64,000 nucleotides of DNA from Heteronotia binoei (Eukaryota): NCBI RefSeq assembly GCF_032191835.1, contig NC_083223.1:34534001-34598000 (forward strand), given 5' to 3'. Positions within the stretch are counted from its first letter, which is position 1. The number at the start of each line of letters is the position of its first letter. Below are positions 58,580 through 64,000 of the stretch, piece after piece. The notes beneath the pieces are model-generated. The model saw nothing but the letters and a program-made list of their open reading frames with translations, did not search any database and was not told where the DNA came from. A program made the position numbers and the translations under genes.

Positions 58580-58622
58580 AGATGATGCAAAAGATGAATA
58601 GAGAGTGTGATGTCTATAGACA
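58580..58622 (+). other. Candidate 43-nt coding exon of an unidentified host gene
   Basis: Strong acceptor TTCTTTTTTGCCCTTGCAG and donor CA|GTATGT. Open frame (E)MMQKMNRECDVYR. Confidence 0.3.
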
Positions 58623-59069
58623 GTATGTGCCAGACCGTATAGTATAGACACCAATTACAAAATCATGGTTGCTTTTGCTATGGATCTTGTACTTTTTAAA
58701 ACAAAAATTCACATTTTGAACGAGAGCTCACTCTCACATTGTTTTTCATTTTTTCATGGCTAGTCCCCCAATCTTGTTGACCTTGTGGGCATTTTTGGAA
58801 TTTTGAAAACAGGGAGTGGGGCACCATCACAGAATGGTTACCATAGGAGCTGGGTTCAATCACAAAATGGTTGCCATAGATTACTGGAGTGAATTATAAA
58901 ATATTAGAAGGCTGCAAACTGATGCTACAAGAAAATCATCTTACCACAAGGTTGTATGCTCACTGTGAAAAGTTCTCATTTGAGTCCTGTTAACGCATTA
59001 AAAAAGGTAAAAGGGGTAAAAGGACAGGTCCTCTTGTGGATCAAAACTTGCTAATTAATAGGAAACAGA

Positions 59070-60212
59070 ATATAAATGGGCTATTTTCGCAGTGGAGGGG
59101 GATAAACAGTGGGGTACCGCAGGGCTCAGTACTGGGTCTGATGCTTTTTAACTTGTTCATTAATGATTTGGAGTTGGGAGTAAGCAGTGAAGTGGCTACA
59201 TTTGCAGATGACACTAAATTGTTCAGGGGGTGAGGACTAGAGAGGATTGTGAGGCAATCTAAAGGGATCTGTTGAGGCTGGGCGAGTGGGCATCAACATG
59301 GCAAATGAGGTTCAACGTGACCAAGTGCAAGGTAATGCACATTGGGGCCAAAAATCTTAACTATAAATACAAGTTGATGGGGTGTGAACTGGCAGAGACT
59401 GACCAAGAGAGAGATCTTGGGGTCATGGTAGATAACTCACTGAAAATGTTGAGACAGTGTGCAACTGGAATAAAAAAGGCCAGCACTATGCTGGGAATTA
59501 TTAGGAAGGGAATTGAAAACAAATCAGCCAGTATTATAATGCCCCTGTATAAATTGATGGTGCGGCCTCATTTGGAATACTGTATACAATTCTGGTCACC
59601 ACACCTAAAAAAAAATATTATAGCATTGGAAAAAGTGCAGAAAAGGGCAACTAGAATGATTGAAGGGTTGGAACACTTTCCCTATGAAGAAAGGTTAAAG
59701 CGCTTGTGACTCTTTAGTTTGGAGAAACATCGACTGCGGGGGACATGATAGAGGTTTACAAGATTATGCATGGGATAGAGAAGGTAGAGAAAGAAGTACT
59801 TTTCTCCCTTTCTCACAATATGAGAACTCGTGGACATTCCATGAAATTGTTGAGCAGTCGGGCTAGAACTGATAAAAGGAAATAGTTCTTCACCCAAAAG
59901 GTGATTAACACATGGAATTCACTTCCACAGGAGGTGGTGGTGGCTGCAAGCATAGACAGCTTCAAGAGGGGATTGGATAAACATATGGAGCAGAGGTCCA
60001 CCGGTGGCTATTAGCCACAGCATATTGTTGGAACTCTCTATCTGGGCAGTGATGCCCTGTCTTCATGGTGCTTGGGAGGACTTCTAGTGTCCTGGCCTCA
60101 CTGATGGACCTCCTGATGGCACCTGGATTTTTTTTTTTGCCACTGTGTGACACAGAGTGTTGGACTGGATGGGTCATTGGCCTGATCCAACATAGCTTCT
60201 CTTATGTTCTTA
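59070..60212 (+). mobile_element. CR1 LINE 3' part (second copy, different 3' UTR variant)
   Basis: SGVPQGSVLG, FADDTKL, ORF 59272..59709, tail CTTCTCTTATGTTCTTA. It has about 110 bp in the UTR that the first copy lacks. Confidence 0.95.
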
Positions 60213-60214
60213 CA

Positions 60215-60325
60215 TTTTTACCTCACAAGATGTCTATTGTTGGAAGAGGAAGGGAAGGAGATTGTAAACTGCTCTGAGACACCGAGTGAGGAGAAGGGTA
60301 TAAATCCAATCTCCTCTTCCTCCTC
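60215..60325 (+). mobile_element. Squam3-like SINE 3' fragment
   Basis: CCTCACAAGATGTCTATTGTTGG...GGTATAAATCCAATCTCCTCTTCC matches the tail of 38400-38678. Confidence 0.7.
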
Positions 60326-60439
60326 CCCGTCTATGCAAAAACAAATCCCATTCTGCTAATGGGGCTTGCTCCCAGAAAACTGTTTTTAGGATTACAGCCT
60401 TTGTTACCTATTGCTACCTAGTTTTACTCATCTTTGTAG

Positions 60440-60532
60440 TAAAACAAAGTTCGAGTCGGTGGCACCTTTAAGACCAACAAAGTTTTATTCAAGGTATCAT
60501 CTTTTATGTGCATGCACACTTCTTCAGATACA
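60440..60532 (-). repeat. Penelope-like terminal relic with a decayed hammerhead motif
   Basis: The reverse strand reads GTAT-CTGAAGA-A-GTGTG-CATG-CACA-TAAAA-GA-TG-ATAC. The adjacent GGCACCTTTAAGACCAACAA segment is typical of these ends. Confidence 0.6.
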
Positions 60533-61053
60533 AGGAAATGGGACTTACCAGTCCATGCAACTAGGTAGAGAGTGAGCAGTAAATTAGAATAAAACACAAT
60601 GACGATTTTTTAATAGATATAAAGACCAAAACAGGGATAACAAGCTAAGTCTATATGGTTGCCACTTGTTTGGGTTTAATTCCAGGGGAAAACATAATGA
60701 AACATTATTCCTGATCCCCATCCACATAACACATGGACCATAAATTGAATGCATTGACTTTCCAGAAAAGATTAGCACATGGTGAATTACTGAACTTGTT
60801 AGCATAAGTCAGTGGGGAAGCAGCTTACTTTAGTGCACTCGACAGGGAAGTAACACCTGAACGTTCATGATCAAAGCAAAGACAAATGAAATTACGAAGG
60901 GTAGTTTTGGATGTTACTGAACAGAAGATGAGCAAATGATTCCGGTGTCTTCTTTTGATGCCTCTGAGCAATGTTGGAAGTGATGATTTGTGCTTCTGTC
61001 CAATGACTGTGAAGAACATCTAGAACTTTAACATCTCCCAGCAGAGAGGTGTA

Positions 61054-61375
61054 NNNNNNNNNNNNNNNNNNNNNNNNNNNNNNNNNNNNNNNNNNNNNNN
61101 NNNNNNNNNNNNNNNNNNNNNNNNNNNNNNNNNNNNNNNNNNNNNNNNNNNNNNNNNNNNNNNNNNNNNNNNNNNNNNNNNNNNNNNNNNNNNNNNNNNN
61201 NNNNNNNNNNNNNNNNNNNNNNNNNNNNNNNNNNNNNNNNNNNNNNNNNNNNNNNNNNNNNNNNNNNNNNNNNNNNNNNNNNNNNNNNNNNNNNNNNNNN
61301 NNNNNNNNNNNNNNNNNNNNNNNNNNNNNNNNNNNNNNNNNNNNNNNNNNNNNNNNNNNNNNNNNNNNNNNNNNN
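61054..61375. other. Assembly gap (N run)
   Basis: Run of N. Confidence 1.
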
Positions 61376-62915
61376 NTGCTTCTCCAGAGACCTGCTCAGG
61401 TTGGCTGACAATAAAAATATTAATAACATGGATTAAATCAATGAAGCAATAAGACAGTTCAATAAAACTAATGCACTGGTAACAAAGCTAACACAGTCTG
61501 TTTTCATAAAACTAACAGTATCTCGGTCGCATTAAGCAAACATTGAAGAAGTCACAAAAACATCAAACAAGGAGGGGATCATTAAAATACCAAACAATTG
61601 AAACATTGATGACACCCTGGGTACTGGAAGGTAAAGACAGGGAGAACTGTGTAAGAACCCTTCATGGTTGTAGATGTGGCTTTGCCTTATTCCTCTGAAG
61701 TGCAGGGCCACAGCTAGCAAGGAAGATTGAATGGGGGTGCTGCAGATTCTATAGGGAGCACTGCCCCTGTGCCCCCTCTGCTGGTTACAGTCCTGCTGAA
61801 GTGGAAAGGTGAGCCCCCTAATATCAGAACTGAAGGCAGTGGTTGTGAGTTTTCACATAGCCTCTTTCCAAAGGTATATCCAGTAACTATTGTATTAGAA
61901 GATTTATATTTGGCAATGTTGAAACTTCAGCTACTGGGTGCTCAGGTGTGACCTCCTTTCCAAGGTGCAGCCATTCACTTGCATGCAACCAGGGTAGGCA
62001 CTAGGTGGGCTTCAGTGGGGTGGACACTGTAAAAGTTAGGTGCCACACCACCATAAAGACAGCCCCATTTCTAACTGCCATCTGTCTTATTCCCATGGCA
62101 AAGACAATGAGAGAAGGCCTTGAGATTAAGAACTTTACATCTGGGTAGTATAGGAGAAGGCAGTCCCAGAAGATTGGATTGATAAATTCCTATTGCAGAA
62201 GATGCTATTTCTGAAGGTTCTGAAGGTTCAGAACAAAGCTATGATGGCCCCATCTACCTCCCTCCCTTACAGGCAAGATTTTCCCTCCACTTTTTCTTTC
62301 CCTTTTGTGACTGAGCCTCCTTGATTATCTGTTTCTTCTTTTCCTGAAGAATTCTGGCTGTCCCACCCTGTCACAGTATAATATTTTGTCAGTTTGCTCA
62401 AGAACCTGAAGGAAGGAATGGGAGCCCCCTTTAATTTATATGACTTAAATGGCACTTAAGAAGTTTTTATATTCCAAATGAATAAAATGTTTTATTTAAC
62501 ATAGAGGGGAAAGGCCAGGTGAAATCAGGGATAAAATCTGAGGTAAAACCGGTTTCATGCACAGACGTTAGTTCTTATGCTTCAGGCTAATGAGAGTTTC
62601 TATTTTACAACCAATATGAAAGACATGTAGTGTCTGTTTGGTAACCGTTACTTACTTTTCTTTCTGAAAATGACATAATTCTGCAGAATCAATATTATAG
62701 AAAGTTAATTTATTTTTGATAGTCTTGTTGCTTATGTATATTATGCAACCAATTGTTAAACTTCGGTTAGGTTTATGTAACACACAATGAAGATCAGACT
62801 TTGAAGGATTGTATTAGATTATATATAGCAATGTATCTATTTATGTTTCCATTGGTTTTCTGTTTGATTTTTAAATGTTGGATTAAAAATTATTTTAAAA
62901 AGAAAAGAAAAAAGA

Positions 62916-63680
62916 GTTTCTGAAGCTACTCAGTTACTTAAAATCTTGTATTAAGAGGCTTTTTCCAGTGTTTCCCCCAAATGCTCCTGTACACCTTCTT
63001 TGAGTATTCTCTAACTCTTTTGGTTTCCAGAAGGCTGGTGCACTCTTTCCAGTACCTAAACCCCTAAACTCCTTCTCTTGAAACACCAATACTCATCTTC
63101 AGTTTTTAACTGACTTTTTAGGTTTCTAAAGACAGTTTCTAACCACACCAGACCAAGGATCACTGTTCTCTTCAGAACTATCAACCTGTTTAGACTTGGG
63201 TGGGAAATTCTTCTCTCTTTAGAAGATCTATCTCCTTTCCTTCAGGGCCAGCCCTAGACTGTCTGGCACCCTAGGCAAGGCTAGCTTCTGGCAATCCCCC
63301 TGCACTGATAATGTCACCGAGTCACATGGGGGCACCCAATTCAGAGCCCCCAGAAGGCCAGCGCCCTAAGAAATTGTCTAGCGGCACGGTCGGCCCTGCT
63401 TTTCTTGGCCAAATGGGAGTCTTCATCTAACTACCCATTCATCCTTGCCAGCTTTCCCCAGTTCTCCTGTTCTAAACTGTTCTCAATCAAAGCTGAATTT
63501 CAAATGATTTCTCCTCCTCAGCATTCTGCTCTAAAGTCTCTCTCTGCTCAGCTGATGCTAATCAATCAGATTACTTGGAGCAGTCTGCCACTCAAGGCTC
63601 TCTTTTTCTGTAAAGAATTAACCCTTCATAGTCCTTCAGCTGTTTGTACAGCACTTCTGAACTTTTACATCACAGAAGCC
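62916..63680. repeat. Second copy of the unclassified repeat at 7113-9700
   Basis: Colinear similarity as described for 7113-9700. Confidence 0.65.
63243..63398 (+). mobile_element. hAT (CAGGGCC-type) MITE
   Basis: Ends CAGGGCCAGCCC / GGTCGGCCCTG. TSD CTTTCCTT / CTTTTCTT (7 of 8 match). Confidence 0.85.
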
Positions 63681-64000
63681 ACCTAAAAATGCTGTTCAGC
63701 ATTACCACCTCTTAGTTTGGCAGAGCACACAAACAGTGTCATCTTAAGCAGAGTTATACCATTCTAAGACTGTTGAAGTCAGTGGACTTAAAAAGGTGTA
63801 ATTCTGCTGCAGGATTCATCCCTCACAATGCAAGACCTTGCACTCTGTTGCTGTCAAACCAAAGATTCCTTCTGCTTATACTAAACACCCCAGCAGCAGT
63901 CATTAGCAGTTCATAGGCATCAGCTGCTATCCTTTTATTTATTTAATTGTGCAGTGCTTTGGCTCCTTTAGAAATCTGCTTGACTTATACACAACAGCAC

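Noticed and set aside
1-64000. CRISPR arrays, operons or prokaryotic defence systems
   Set aside because: There are no regularly spaced repeat-spacer units and no gene-dense bacterial organisation. The sequence is repeat-rich vertebrate DNA.

Overview
This is vertebrate genomic DNA with three N-gaps, about half of it transposable elements. The SINE and MITE families point to a squamate reptile, probably a gecko (inference). I could not identify any host protein-coding gene; there are only a few weak candidate exons. Every long ORF except two short orphans belongs to a retroelement. The main elements are: (1) a chromodomain Ty3/Gypsy element of the Tf1/sushi group with both LTRs, a 5-bp TSD, an internal deletion and an apparent self-priming PBS (10074-14441); (2) a decayed DIRS1 element lacking RT/RNase H, with a CR1 tail nested in it and a palindromic MITE nested in that tail (about 27060-30735); (3) a young 5'-truncated L1 with 2.6 kb of open ORF2 (44649-47478); (4) an Ngaro-type tyrosine-recombinase element with A1-B1-A2-B2 split direct repeats and an SGNH hydrolase ORF, deleted for RT/RH and interrupted by a young RTE LINE (50236-56480). 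Also present are two CR1 3' ends, L2 and BovB relics, tRNA- and 5S-derived SINEs, many hAT MITEs with 8-bp TSDs, and decayed Penelope-type hammerhead ribozyme motifs. There are no prokaryotic features and no CRISPR array. I found no clearly new biological system; the most interesting items are mechanistic signatures in the mobile elements.
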